Shown piece by piece: positions 45,030 to 58,367 of a stretch of 64,000 nt of DNA. The DNA is taken from assembly GCF_006345805.1 (NCBI RefSeq), contig NC_043019.1:10043360-10107359 (forward strand). The letters are read 5' to 3'. A model generated the notes under the pieces. It ran no database searches and had not been told where the DNA came from. It worked only from the letters and a program-made list of their open reading frames with translations. How positions within the stretch are numbered: the first letter of the stretch is position 1; each line of letters starts with the position of its first letter. This DNA comes from Octopus sinensis. Its lineage: Eukaryota. A program made the translations under genes and the position numbers.

Positions 45030-46520
45030 CTTATGATGGCCGACGACCTGAGAAGAAGCTTGGGGTGAAGTTGGGAGGTTGAAATGTGGGCAGTCTGCAT
45101 GGAAGGGGAACTGAGATGTGTGAGGAATCGAGGAAGAGGGTGTGGATGTGTGTTGTGTGCAGAAGGTTAGGTGGAGGAGCCAGGGTGGAAGATTTGTGGT
45201 GGTCAAGAAATGGCAAGGGGACTGGAGGTGTGGGAGTTTTGGTCAAGGAAGAAATCCGTGAGAAGGTGATGGAGGTCAGGAGAAAGAGTGAGAGAGGGAT
45301 GACAATAGTATTAGCATTTGAGGAAGAAGTGGTGAGGGTGATTTGTGGGTTTGCAAAGTGGAAGAGGGATTGCTGAGAAAGAGCAGTTCTTTGATGGAAT
45401 GGTAAGTGGGACTTACATAAGATAGATGAACTGGTTTTTGGCATGGGTGGTTTTGATGGACATGTTGGGAAATGGATCCAGGGTTTTGAATGTGTGCATG
45501 GTAGAAATGGAATTGGGGAGAGAAATATGGAAGGAAGGATGCTGTTGGAGTTTTGCGATGAGGAGTTGTGTGTGGCGAACACGTGGTTTAAGAAAACAGA
45601 GAAAAGGAAGGTGACTTTCAGTGCCGGAGGGAATGAGACAGAAATTGACTTTGTGTTGGTTGGCATAGAAAAAAGAAAGTATCTGAGAGATGTGAAGACA
45701 CCAGAGGAGTTGCAGCACAGGTTGGTGGTTGCTGACTTGGATAAGAAGAAAGTTAAAAAGTGTGTGAGAAAGTGAATGGTTGAGAGGAGAAAGGTGTGGA
45801 GAGTGAAGGAAGAAGAAACAAGAGCAAGGTTTGAGGAGAGAGTTGGGGAGCTGGTAAGCATTGATGCACCGGATTTCTGGAAGTCTTTTGAGGAAGGGGT
45901 AATAAAGGTATGTGACAAAGTGTGTGGAAGGACAAAAGGTAGGAGAGATCAAGGAGATATGTGTGGTGGAAGAAGGAAGTGAGGGAAGCGGTAGCGAGGA
46001 AGAAGGAGGCACACAAAGTTTTATGGAATAACAGGACTGAGCAAATGAAAGCCAGGTATAATAACAAGAAGAATTGTACAAAGAGTGTGGTTGCAAGATC
46101 TATGAGGAAGGAGGCTGAGGTGAGGTGGAGCAGGCTGGATGAGAACCCAGATCGAGTGTTTAGGCTTATGGAAGAGATGTTGAAGGAGGAAGATGAATTG
46201 TGGGGTGTATAAAGGAGTGAAGTTATTGAAGTATGCAATGAAGATTGTGGAAAGATTATTGGAGAGGAGAATTCGGAAAATGATGGATGTGGACAAGATC
46301 CAATTTGGTTTTATGCCAGGAAAGTGTACAAGAGATGCAGGGTTCATTGGAAGGAGATTACAAGAGAAACACCGAGATGAGGAGGAGTTGTACATGTGCT
46401 TCGTTGATCTGTAGAAGGCATTTGATAGGGTTCCAAGGAAGATGATTGAGTGGGCATTGAGGAAGAGATGTGTACTTGAGGTAATGAGATTGTATGAAGG
46501 GATAAAGACAAGAGTTAGAT
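45030..46520 (+). mobile_element. Decayed RTE-clade LINE (APE endonuclease plus RT N-terminal part)
   Basis: GTGGVGVLVKE, GGFDGHVG, VANTWFKK, ETEIDFVLV, QHRLVVADL, QFGFMPGK, YMCFVDL in frameshifted plus-strand ORFs. Confidence 0.88.
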
Positions 46521-48781
46521 CCGGCCACCCTCGTTAACAGGGACAAGCCCGAATTTAAAATATTGGGTATCGACCAGTCAAATACTGGGATTAATTTAAT
46601 ATTTTAAGTGTGAATGGAACTATAGTATGTTCATTCCCCCTCATCTCTAACATGTAGAGATGGGGGGAATGAATTGTGTATGAGCCATTCAATGTGCAAT
46701 GTACTAAAAACTACAATCCATTTGTAAGGTATTTCGTCCTTAATGACTATATGCCCTACATTATGACAGAGTTCTTTGAGGTTCTCTCTCTTTAATATAT
46801 ATCATATTGTCTGTAATTACTGTCCCTTTCATATTTCTTTTCTCCCCAAAATCCTAGACCCCTACCATCATTTTCTCTGACCAACATAGACGTCCTTCAC
46901 CTTCCTGCCATTTCAATCACATTTATTTATTTATTCCAATCTCAGAATACTGAGTACTTAGGGTTAAGGATATATTCTTATTGTTATTATTCAAATCTCT
47001 ATCACTCCTGCTTCTCACTCTGTAAAGAGATGGAGAAGCAAGCAAAGGGTTGTGAGCTCCCTTTAGATGTGACAAGGACATGTGCTAGTGTTACAAGAAA
47101 AAAGCACCCAGTACACTTTGTAGAATGGTTGGTGTTAGGAAGGGTATCCAGCTATAGAAATCTAACCAAGATAAAACACAAGATGACCTTGCTGACCTGT
47201 CTAGGGGAAAAGATCCATCCAACTTATGCCAGCATGGACAGTGAATGTAAAATGACAATAAATATTCATTCATTGTTTTTAAATGTTCTTTTCCATGCAG
47301 GCATTGGTTCAACAAATATATTAAAACATCGTTTTACAGGTGGATGCCCTGTCTGTTGGCAACCCTTATTTTTTAAGTAAGGGATATCTTATTCCACTCA
47401 TCTTTGAAGGCACAACACCAGCAAATTACTGGCAGGGGAGATGATATCACCATCCACAGCAGAGCAGTTTTCAGAGAAATGCAAACACACATACACCTAT
47501 ACTCAGGTTTCTTTCAATTTCCAATTCCATTCACAAAGCTAGATTGGCCTGGAAATATTGAAGACACTTGTCCAAGGTGCCAAGCTGTAGGATTGAACCA
47601 CAGTTTTTATATATATAGTACACACACACAAAGGACTTCCACAGTCACCATTTATTACATTTTAAATTTCACTCACAAGATTTTTAGTCAACTCAAGTCC
47701 ATGATAGACCAGCTTAAGTTGTTGTTCAGCTTGTTTGAATCTGGCTTCTGGAGCCCCTCCTACATCTCCCACATCTGGATATTTCCCATCATCAGCAACC
47801 CAGCCCTTGTTCTTCACTCATTGCACTGACCCTTACCTCCGCCAGTTTATTCCCTCCTCACACTCTTATGAAAGTATCCACTCTCATCCCCTCCCATGAT
47901 CCATAGTCCTTGTCATCTCTGAAGCTCACCTTCTTTTATTCCTTGAGATTTTGCTGTAGCACCCCATCACTACCTTCCACTTATCTCCTTCAGCCACATA
48001 CTCCTTCTATAGCAAGACACCTGAGCTTGTTCCTCTGTCATACTTTAGCGTTTCAATACAGCCACAGATCTCTACCATCCCTTCTCAAATATTTGTTCTT
48101 TTCTGTCTTACAAGTTACATCGCAACCTCACTAGAGTCAGTGGCATGAAAAAACAAAAGACCCAGTACACCATGTTATTTGGTTGGCATTAGGAAAAGCA
48201 TCCAGCCATAGAATCATGCCAAAGATGACATTGGAGACTAGTTCCCTGCCAAACCATCCTACCTATATCAGTATGGAAAGCAGATGATGATAATGATGCA
48301 TTACACTAATGAAGGATACTCTATATGGTGGTTCTGCCTGCAAGAAATAGCAGGCAAATCACCATCAAAGATTTATCATGTTAAAAAAGAAAACGAAAAC
48401 ATAGGTCAAGGCTGTAGCAGCTTTCATTACAGGTTTGCTCAACCTAAGACTCAAAATCAAAAATCACCAAGAACTGCAGACATCCCAGTTCATGTGTGAG
48501 TTTGAAATCTTAGAGTGAGTTGTATATATGTGTGTGTTGTGAATTCTTTCTCTCTACCCTCTCACTTCCTCCCTAACTAACTCTCTCTGAAGATGTTTAA
48601 ATTCCAGGTAGAACTCACATAAAGTGAAAACAATGTCTCAAAGAATGAAGTCAAAACATTAGGTAACTAAGAATAAATATATGATTATTTACTTTAAAAG
48701 GTTTTAATAAAATACCGCTGAGTGTGTATATATATATGTAAGTACACACACACATACATTCTCAAGTATGCATGTTATATA

Positions 48782-48958
48782 TCAGAGAACGGATGATGTC
48801 GAATCTGTGTCTCTTGTCCTGGTGGCTTCCATTTCATCTTGGTTTTTACGCAAAAACCTTTTCATAATTTTTTCTTCCATTTCTGCATAATCTTCAGCAA
48901 ACAATGTTTTCAAGGGAACATTGAGGTGTGGCAAAAGTGGTAAATCTGACAGTGATAC
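48782..48958 (-). CDS. ELAC2: ELAC2 terminal coding exon
   Basis: tag|[58 protein letters not shown]; 177 nt. Confidence 0.9.
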   Translation of the reverse strand, partial: VSLSDLPLLPHLNVPLKTLFAEDYAEMEEKIMKRFLRKNQDEMEATRTRDTDSTSSVL

Positions 48959-51900
48959 CTATTGTAGAAGACAAAAATAGAGAATAAGCCAGGTATTTAA
49001 AAACTGAGACCAATAACAACAGCCATAAAATATTGTTGCAATGCCTATGTAAATGAGGCAGGTGTTGGTGGATTATCAACTAATGACTGTAAATATTCAC
49101 ATAACTCTACTTAGTAATTTTTTTCTTTATCCTTGTTTTTGTAAACAGTGAAGTCAGTGTTTTGCTGATGAGGTCATAATAATAATGAAATATATCAAGA
49201 GTTATCTCCCATACTTGGTTAAATAATAAAATACTCTAAGTCACTGACTCATTGTTTTTTTTTACCTTACCACATTTATATCCAATGGTTTATTAATGCA
49301 TACTACATTAAGTATTTTAATATCAATTAAACTACATAATGATGTGAAAGAGTACAATCTGTGCAAACAAGTAACGGTCTTTGTGAGCAAGGAATAAATG
49401 CAAAAAGCCCACAAAGTAGAATAAGTTAGTTTGCCATGAAAAGAAAAAGCAGATCTAATGGAGCTTTTCATTGGTTAAGAAGTGGGTTTAGGTGTCATCC
49501 CAATGCATGGTGCCATGAACAAGAATCTACCACCCATAGCCTGAGGTTGACCAATGCTTTGTGCAAAAACCTTATTTATATAAACAAGTCAATTGTGACA
49601 TCAAAGTGGCTGTTCCATTACTAGTTTAACCCCAGGCAGATCTTCTGCCAGCTGGTTACTGGTGCAAAACTGCACCCTTTCTATTCCATATATATTGCTA
49701 GCAGGGAAAGCAAACCCCTACCATCCTCTAGCAGACAACAGGATCTCGAGACTGACTTGATTTTGAGCTGCTTGGCTCATCCTCAGTCACAAGTGCCTGG
49801 CTCCTAGAGAGAAAGCCAGGCTCTGCTCCGGCCAACAATATATAAAGCAACCATCAAAATAGCTGGACGTAAAATTTCAAGAAGAGATCAGAGTAGCAAC
49901 TATAAATGCACACACGTGTAGACATACATGCACATATATATATATTTATTTCTTTATTGCCGACAGGGGAGCTAAACATAGAGGGGACAAACAAGGACAG
50001 ACAAAGAGATTAAATTGATTACATCAGCCCCAGTGTGTAACCGGTATTTATTTAATCAAACCCGAAAGGATTATAGGCAAAGTCGACCTTGGCAGAATTT
50101 GAACTCAGAACATACCAGCAGAAGATATACCTATTTCTTTACTACCCACAAGGGGCTAAACACAGAGAGGACAAAGGACAGACAAATGGAATAAGTCGAT
50201 TATATCGACCCCAGTGTGTAACTGGTACTTATTTAATCGACTCCGAAAGGATGGAAGGTAAAGTCGACCTCGGCAGAATTTGAACTCAGAACATAGCAGC
50301 AGACGAAATACCGCTAAGCATTTTGTCTGGCGAGCTAACATTTCTGCCAGCTTGCCACCCTATAAATATACGTATGTATATATTACAATGAAACATGCAG
50401 GCGCATGCATTTTAATATTCTTAAGTTATTACACCTGGAAAAGTACAGAACAAGATTTCAACAGTAGAATTTGCCTAATTTGTCACCTCTAAAGGAAATT
50501 AAAAAGTACTTAAAATTAAAATTCTATTGTACTTAAAATATTGCAGCCAAGAATAGCATTTTAAAAATTTTCTATATTTTATTAAAACAAAATTTATAAA
50601 AACATTACTGGGTTTTTCCAAAAATAAGCTTCTGTCCAACATGCCCACTGAAGTCCCCAGCCACGAAGATGAGATCCTTGTCATTTGTTTTAGAGGTTGC
50701 CTACAAAAGAATATCATAAAAATGGTCCTTCTGTTCATTTAGTAGGCCCACTTGTGGAACATAGGCAGAGATAACTGACGCTATGCTATTCTGCATGATG
50801 AGCCTGAGCTTAAGCACTTTCACTCATTCTGACTACTTCTATGACCTTATCCACCCATTTCTCTGCAAGAAATATGCCCACACTGCATACCCCATCACTG
50901 TTACTTTCCCAAAAGATTTTATACCTATGTGTCTTGCCTGTGAGGAGCCTGGCTGAAGCTCCTCTCCACCTTGCCTCATGGATGCAGCATGCCTTCATTC
51001 AAGCAGCTCAATTTCGTTAGACCTACCTTTCAGTGTGCCTATATTGAGTGCCAATCATGAGAACTGGGAAAAGAGCACGGGAAGGAACATGGGCAAGAGA
51101 GATGGTATTGGGCACCTGAAAAGAAGGTTTCAGTGATTGTGTGGTAACAGACATGTCACATCAGTTGGTCTTGCTTTAACATACCATCAATCAAATATGT
51201 TAAAATTGTTGTCCCTATTGGTAGTGAGTAGCATTGTAAATATAAGCGTTATTGCTGCAAATATGAACAGGTTAATGTATAAATTAATTATATAACTGAT
51301 CTGCTATTGGTTAGTCCATTATATATATATATAGGGAGAAAGAGGTAGGTGGTTTGTTAATTTACCAATAATTTCCTGAGTAATATATCACCATTTGGTG
51401 CATGCAGTAGTGTGGGCAAATGTTAGTGGCGGGGAAGGACGGACGAAGGTATACAAGTCTTCTGGTACAGAAGCAATGCAGAGCCCTGTAGGGGTTTCTG
51501 ATAGTGTGCTTATTCCTTAATACACACATATATTTCAACACAGCTCCTACATGTCGAATTCCACTCACAAGAATTTTGTCAGGCTGAAAACTAGTAGAAG
51601 GCACTTGTCCAAAGTGTCACACACTGACTTCAAGCCTGAATGTCATCATATTATTGTAAAGTAAACTTCTCAACAGCAACAGCCGGCACCTCTGATGTGC
51701 AGGATTTTCTTTTGAAATTAGTAGGTTTTTACATATGTAATTTAATGAAAAATATTTGAGAAAATGCACAACACTTACTCTCATATTGTCAAATGAGATC
51801 CCGACTTTCTCTGAAAACCTGTCGCTAATTATTGGAATCTTGGAGTATCTCTGGCTGAAATGGTTCAGCAGAATAAACTTTGCACCCATTTTCATCCCAA

Positions 51901-54900
51901 CATCAATTGCTTGTGACGTTGTGCTGAAATAAAGAATAATATATTAGTGTGAACCATTGTATTAAATTCTAAATATATATACACAGATGGAATTGCACAA
52001 ATGTTAAAGTGCTGGATAAAATAAAATGGCTTTGAGTTCAAAATGTTGTTGAAGTTCCCTTTTATTCCTCTGAATATATATGAAAATTAGCACCTGTTAT
52101 GAGTTAGGAGTTATATCAACAAACTATATCACCCCTATCTCTTTGTCACATGTATGATTTAGTAAACAACTGAAAATCAATGATGCTTAATAGAATACCA
52201 AAGAAAGACTGCATAAAGTTATTGACTTTAATGCTGTTAACATTCCAGCTGTAGACATTGGTTTGTTCATTCATTCATTTTATGTTTGCTTATTTTGCTT
52301 TTTTTTCTCATGGGTTAGACAAATACATACTGTGATACTGTTTTACAGGCAGATAAAACCGTATCACAGAGAGGGGTGCTCCAAGAGTGTAGCTGTGAGA
52401 ATAAGATTAGACTGGGCAAAGTTCAGAGAGCTCCTACCCCTGCTGGCAACAAAGGGCCTCTCTGAGAATGAAAGCAGATTGTGTGATGCCTGTATGCAAA
52501 CAGCCATGCTACGTGGCAGTGAAACATGGGGTGTGACTGCCAAGGACATGCGTCGGCTTGAAAGAAATGAAGCCAGTATGTTTTGCTGGATGTGCAGTGT
52601 CATTGTGCATGTTCAACAGGGTGTAAGCCTCTTGAGAGAAAAGTTAGGCATAAGAGGCATCGAATGTGGTTTGCAAGAGAGAGATGACTGTGCTGGTTGG
52701 TCATATGATGTGTATGGATGAGGACAGCTGTGTAAAGAAGTGCCAATTTCTAACTGGAGAGAACCTGTAGTAGAGGTAGGCCCAGGAAAACATGGGATGA
52801 AGCATGATCTTCAAACTTTGAGCCTCAGAGAGGCAATGACTAGTGACCGAGACCTTTGGTGATATGCTATGCTTCAGAAGACCTGCCAAGCCAAGTGAAA
52901 TCATGGCTGATGCATATGTCACATAACTGGCACCCATGATGGTAGTACATAAAGAGCACTGTTGGAGCAGTGGGCATCACTGAGGCAAAGTGATGGAGTT
53001 CTGTTTGAGCGTTGGACCTCACAGAAGCAAGGTGGCTGAGTTTGTTTTGAGTGTTGGGCGTCACAGGGTAAGTTGGCCCAATTCCTTTCAAGTGTTGGGC
53101 TTCATGGAGGCAAAGTGGCTGAGTTCCTTTGAAGCATTGGGCCTCACAGAGGCAGTGACCGAGACTCTTGGTATTATGTCGTGCTTGAGAAGACCCATCA
53201 AGCTGAGCAAAATCGCAGTGGATGTTAAATGATGATGATATCTGTTTTGTTGCTGACTTTTATCTGTTTGTTTAATGACCTTTTTTATTTCACTAAATGT
53301 GTGAAAGCACAAAGCTAAAGAACAATCTGGTTAGGGTTAGGGTTTCCGTCTTTTGATCATCTTTTCCATGCAAAAAACCTGAAATGTAACCATTTAAACA
53401 CACAAGCACACTACCAGCTTTTATTCAGTTTCTCTCAATCAATTCTACATAGAAGGCCATTGGTCAGCTTGAGGCAACATTAGAAGACATTTGTCCTAGG
53501 TACCATGCAGTGAAATGGAACCTGTGACCACACTGTAATAAACTTGCTTATTATGTACAAGTTAAAAGTTGTTTTGGTAGAATTGTTAGAACCGTGTGCG
53601 AACAGAGCGCCAAATGCACTTATGCCACAGGACAAGAAGCCATAATGCTGAAGGGAAACAATAATAAAAAAGAACATTCTGACCTACATAGTTTAATGAT
53701 CAATTCACCAATTTGTCACTTAAGATTTAACAAGATTATAAATAGTCAATCTTATAATAAAGATGGATTGGTGTTTCTATGATCTTTGGCTCACAATTTT
53801 TAAATACTCTTATTTATTTTTGTCTTGTACATTTTAATATGTCAATTGTAATAATTTTGAAATAAATATCTGATCATATTATTTTTGTATGTTTATATTG
53901 TAAATCCAGTAATGAAACCTATTTAAAAAATGGTTTTATGTATCTATTTTTTCTACATTTTAGTGTCAAATGGTCATATTGTGGGAATAAAATGATGATC
54001 ATATATTCTAATTTTCATAAGTCTTGTCTGTTCAGCTTTATGTCCATTCGGCATTGTGTCTGTTCGCCTTCTTGACCTTCAGCAAAAGTGCATTTGGCAT
54101 CCTGTCCGTGTACTGTTAGAACATCATTCAAAAGACTTGTGTGCTATTGAGTTATGGCCCTTTATCTCCAAAGGTCAAATTCGCCTGTTATCCTTCAAGG
54201 ATTTACAAAGTAATAGTCATGCATTGCAGTCAGTCTATATTCTTCAAATGCATCCTAAAGGCGATTGCAAATAGAGCAGAAATTTAATAGAGACGCTTTG
54301 AATATTGTTTTATTTTTAAACCCAAAACAATGCAAGTTTTAAAGAGTTAATAATACAAATTGATGGTTAGTACTGTTACATTTTATGACTTCAGCACATT
54401 TTCTCTGTAGATTTTCTGAAGGGGTCCTAACCTTGAAACAATGAAAGCCAGCTGATAGTACCAACCATTGACCTGTATTATTAATCTTTTTACAACTTGT
54501 ATTGTTTTCGTTTCTAAAGGACAATATTTAAAACATTTATCAAAGATGCTCTTCTCACCTGTGGGTTTTGATCTTGGCTTCTTCTTCCAAGTCATCTTCC
54601 ATTGTAGCTTCATGTATAAGTAGATCACAGTTTTGACCTGAAAGAAGAAAATAGTTATTCATTTTTAGTGAAAATGTCATGCCTGTTGTTGTTGTTGCTA
54701 CTACTGTTTAGAGCCGTCAAATCGAACCTGAGAAGTGGGGGGGGTCAGTAAGACCGAATGGTTAAGAAGTTTGCTTCACAACTATATGACACTGGTTCAA
54801 TCCCATTGCACAGTACACTGGGCTACAGCTTCTGTACTGTAGTCTTGAGTGGAATTTGGTAGATGGAAACTGTGCAGAAACCTCTTGTATATAAAGTGTG

Positions 54901-57900
54901 TGTGTGTGTGTAACCAACTATAATTTATTTTAATCAGTTTCTTAGATGCTTTTGCCAATGAATATACATCAATAAAAGTTGCAAATATGAGTGAGGAACG
55001 CTCCATCAACACCAAAAAAAAAAAGATGATTGTTCTCTAAATGAATGCTTTGCAATATTTGTTCTGCACTGAGTTATACATACTCTTGTCACTCTTGATA
55101 TCACAGGTGCAATGAACCGGTGATTAAGCCAAAGCATATATGTAACCTCCTCAACATCATTGCTTTAATATCCGATTTTCCATGGCTGCATGGGTCAAAC
55201 AGAATTTTTTCAGGCATATTATTTACAGCCAGATACCCTTCCTGATGCCAACCACCCTTCAGGTAAATGCCCCTACATGATATGTAGAAAAGATGTAGGC
55301 AGGAATTCCATAGAGTGTACCAAGTGCAAGCTATCAACACACGAGAGATACAGTGGAATTATGGAATGGTTAACTGAAAAAGTAGTGTTTGTATGTGAAA
55401 GATGGGGAAACTGACTTTCTCAAATGCCCTGGAGGTTCCTGCGAGGCAGTAGATAGTTTCTGCTACCTGGGACTAAATTAGCAATGGATGAGGACATTCT
55501 GAAAGTATAGTTACTAAAATCAGAAAAGGATGGAGAAAGTTCACAGCACTATTACCTCTCTTGGCAACAAAAAAGTCTTTCTCATAAAGTAAAAGGCAGA
55601 TTGTATGATCCTTGTATGGCAGTAAAAATGCAGAGGACATGCAAAGACTAGAGAGTCGAAAAGGTCTGCAGAGCTGGAGGAGAAAAGACGACGACGGAAG
55701 GAGCGCCAACAACAACCACTAGATGTCCGCACTGCGACCGGTCTTTTCAAGCAAGAATTGGTCTTATCGGTCACCTACAGACTCACCAGTAAATCTGCGC
55801 GAAGACCATCATCCTCGACCTTGAGGGATTGCCATCGCATATGGATGAGAACAGCTGCATAAAGAAGTGCAGGTTCCTGAAAGTAAATAGAACTTATGGA
55901 AAGGGAGTCCCTGGAAGACATTAGACATCGTACTAAAGGCTGATCTCAAAATGCTATTAGTAAAGACTGATCTCATGGTGGAGATGATAAAGAATCAACA
56001 TGATGGTGATTTACTGTGTTCAAGAAGGCCAGTTCCTCTCAACAGAAAATGATGTCCTAAAGCTACTTGGGTTATGCTTTTATGTACAGGGCCCTGCCCC
56101 TCCACTCATTCTGTTCTGTCAAGCATTTCCCACATTTCAATCCCTGTTCTATCTATAGCTCTACCCACCTGCAGCAATCACTCAAGAGCAGAACTGGCAT
56201 ATATTACAGCCTCACTACCTTTCTTTGAACTTCTTTGCTGGAACCATTTCCATCTCTGATTCACATTATTTCCACCAATCCTCTTTCTAGGCTTTCAAAC
56301 ATCACACTCTCTCCTCTGCCACACTCCATCTAAACACCTCTCATTTCTGTTATCATTCTCAACACACATTCATATTAGCTATCATACCATTCCACCCCTC
56401 CTCCTGCTACTCCTACACATCATCCCCCTATTTTATAATCTATTCTCCTACTCTGAGCCATTCCTATCTTTCCTACCTTACCCTCTCTCCATATTCGTGC
56501 TACCCATCAACTGTATCTCTACCCTTGTTCATCATTCACAACTTTCACTTACACCTAACCATCTCATACTCTCCCCTCACACTCCTATGAAACTACTCCC
56601 ACCACCACCACCACCACCACCAGCCATTGTCTCTATCTTCTCTTATACTCATCTTCTTTTATCTCAAGATGTTCTGTTATCTTGTCACCACTATCTCTGC
56701 CTCCTTTCCACCCATTTTCCCACCCACTCTCTATAAATCTAATGTGGCGTAGCCATGTATCTCCTCTATAACAAAACAGTTGCGCTTGTTACTCTACCAT
56801 ATTTCAGTCTCTCAACACTTGGCATAAACCCACCATTCCTCTTAAATACTACCCCACCGCCACTTACATGACGGGGCTTTGTCTTGCACGTTACTTAGGG
56901 ATCTCACTAGAGCTGGTTGCTCAATAAAAAAGCACCCAGTACATTCTGTAAAGTGGTTAGCATTGCAAAGTGCATCATACAGGGAAACAATGCTAAAGAT
57001 GACACTGGAGCTCGACATGGCCCCAGGGCACACCAGACCCTATCAAAACGTTCAGCCTATGCCAGCATAGAAAACATTCTTTATAGGATGACATTGATTA
57101 TATATTTATATTTCAGTTTCTATCTACCAAATCCACTCATAAGAGTGGATTTGATAGCCCAGAGTTATGTAGAAGACACTTGTCCAAAGTGCCATAGAGT
57201 GGTACTGAACTTGAAACCAAGTGATTGGGAAGCAAACTTCTTTACCACACAGCCATGCTTATAAGAGATAGAAATAAGTAACTAACCAGCATTAATGAGC
57301 CGTTCACAGGGCATTGTGTCTCCAGAATAGACCACTGACCAGTTAGAGGTATGAGCTAAAACTACTCCAAATGCATTTTTACAGTGGTCAACCTCAACAG
57401 GGACAAACTAAAAAAAACAAAAGAAAACCTAAAGGGATTAAAAAATGTCAGTTCATACAGCATTGTACGTTTACACATATAGACTACATTGTCACCAAGA
57501 ATGGCACAAAAGGACCATTGCACATACTAAAACCAGGGAAGCACACAGATTCAAGAGGCATATGCCACGACAGACACAGAGTCATGAATCAGATACCAAT
57601 ATACATTATTCACAAGTAACAAAAGTAGTAGTAGTAGTAGTAGTAACAATTCTTACCTTTGACAATTGTAAGGCATTTAGAACTTCTGTGAGCATTTCTC
57701 TATTCACTTCTGATTGATGAGGTAATATACTCTGCAGAGGAATTAATCTGGAAGTGAAGACAAAAACAGCTCATGTGAATATAGAATTGTTTTAACATCC
57801 ACTTCTCCATGCTTCAATGGATCAGTCAAAATTGAGCTGAGATTTTTTTTCTAATTGTATCCTCTTCCTCTTCCCAAACTTCATCTATTTTCAGGCAAGT

Positions 57901-58328
57901 TAATATTTCCCCTAATCCTTTTCATGCAAGTTAATATTTCCCCTAATCCTTTTCATGCAAGTTAATATTTCCCCTAATCCTTTTCATGCAAGTTAATATT
58001 TCCCCTAATCCTTTTCATGCAAGTTAATATTTCCCCTAATCCTTTTCAGGCAAGTTAATATTTCCCCTAATCCTTTTCATGCAAGTTAATATTTCCCCTA
58101 ATCCTTTTCATGCAAGTTAATATTTCCCCTAATCCTTTGAACTTCATTCAATGATTACTGATTTTATGGTTTCCTCTTCAGTGCCTCATCATAAGTTCTC
58201 ATGATGATGATAATGATGACATACAGCAGTTTGGCAAGATCAAGACTCCAAATGAGAGAAGAGGTAGCATTTTACATGTGCATGTGGCATTTTGATGTAC
58301 CACATGCATTGCATTATAGTAGAGTAGG

Positions 58329-58367
<39 letters not shown>

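Noticed and set aside
45031-45918. 295-aa ORF on the minus strand
   Set aside because: Antisense shadow of the decayed plus-strand RTE LINE.
49161-49200. CTGATGA...GAAA as another hammerhead
   Set aside because: Stem II and stem I do not pair convincingly; a chance match or too decayed to support.
53331-53342. Interstitial telomeric repeat
   Set aside because: Only two TTAGGG units, within chance expectation.
57888-58138. CRISPR-like array (31-bp repeats)
   Set aside because: Units are directly adjacent with no unique spacers, there are no cas genes, and the context is a eukaryotic intron.
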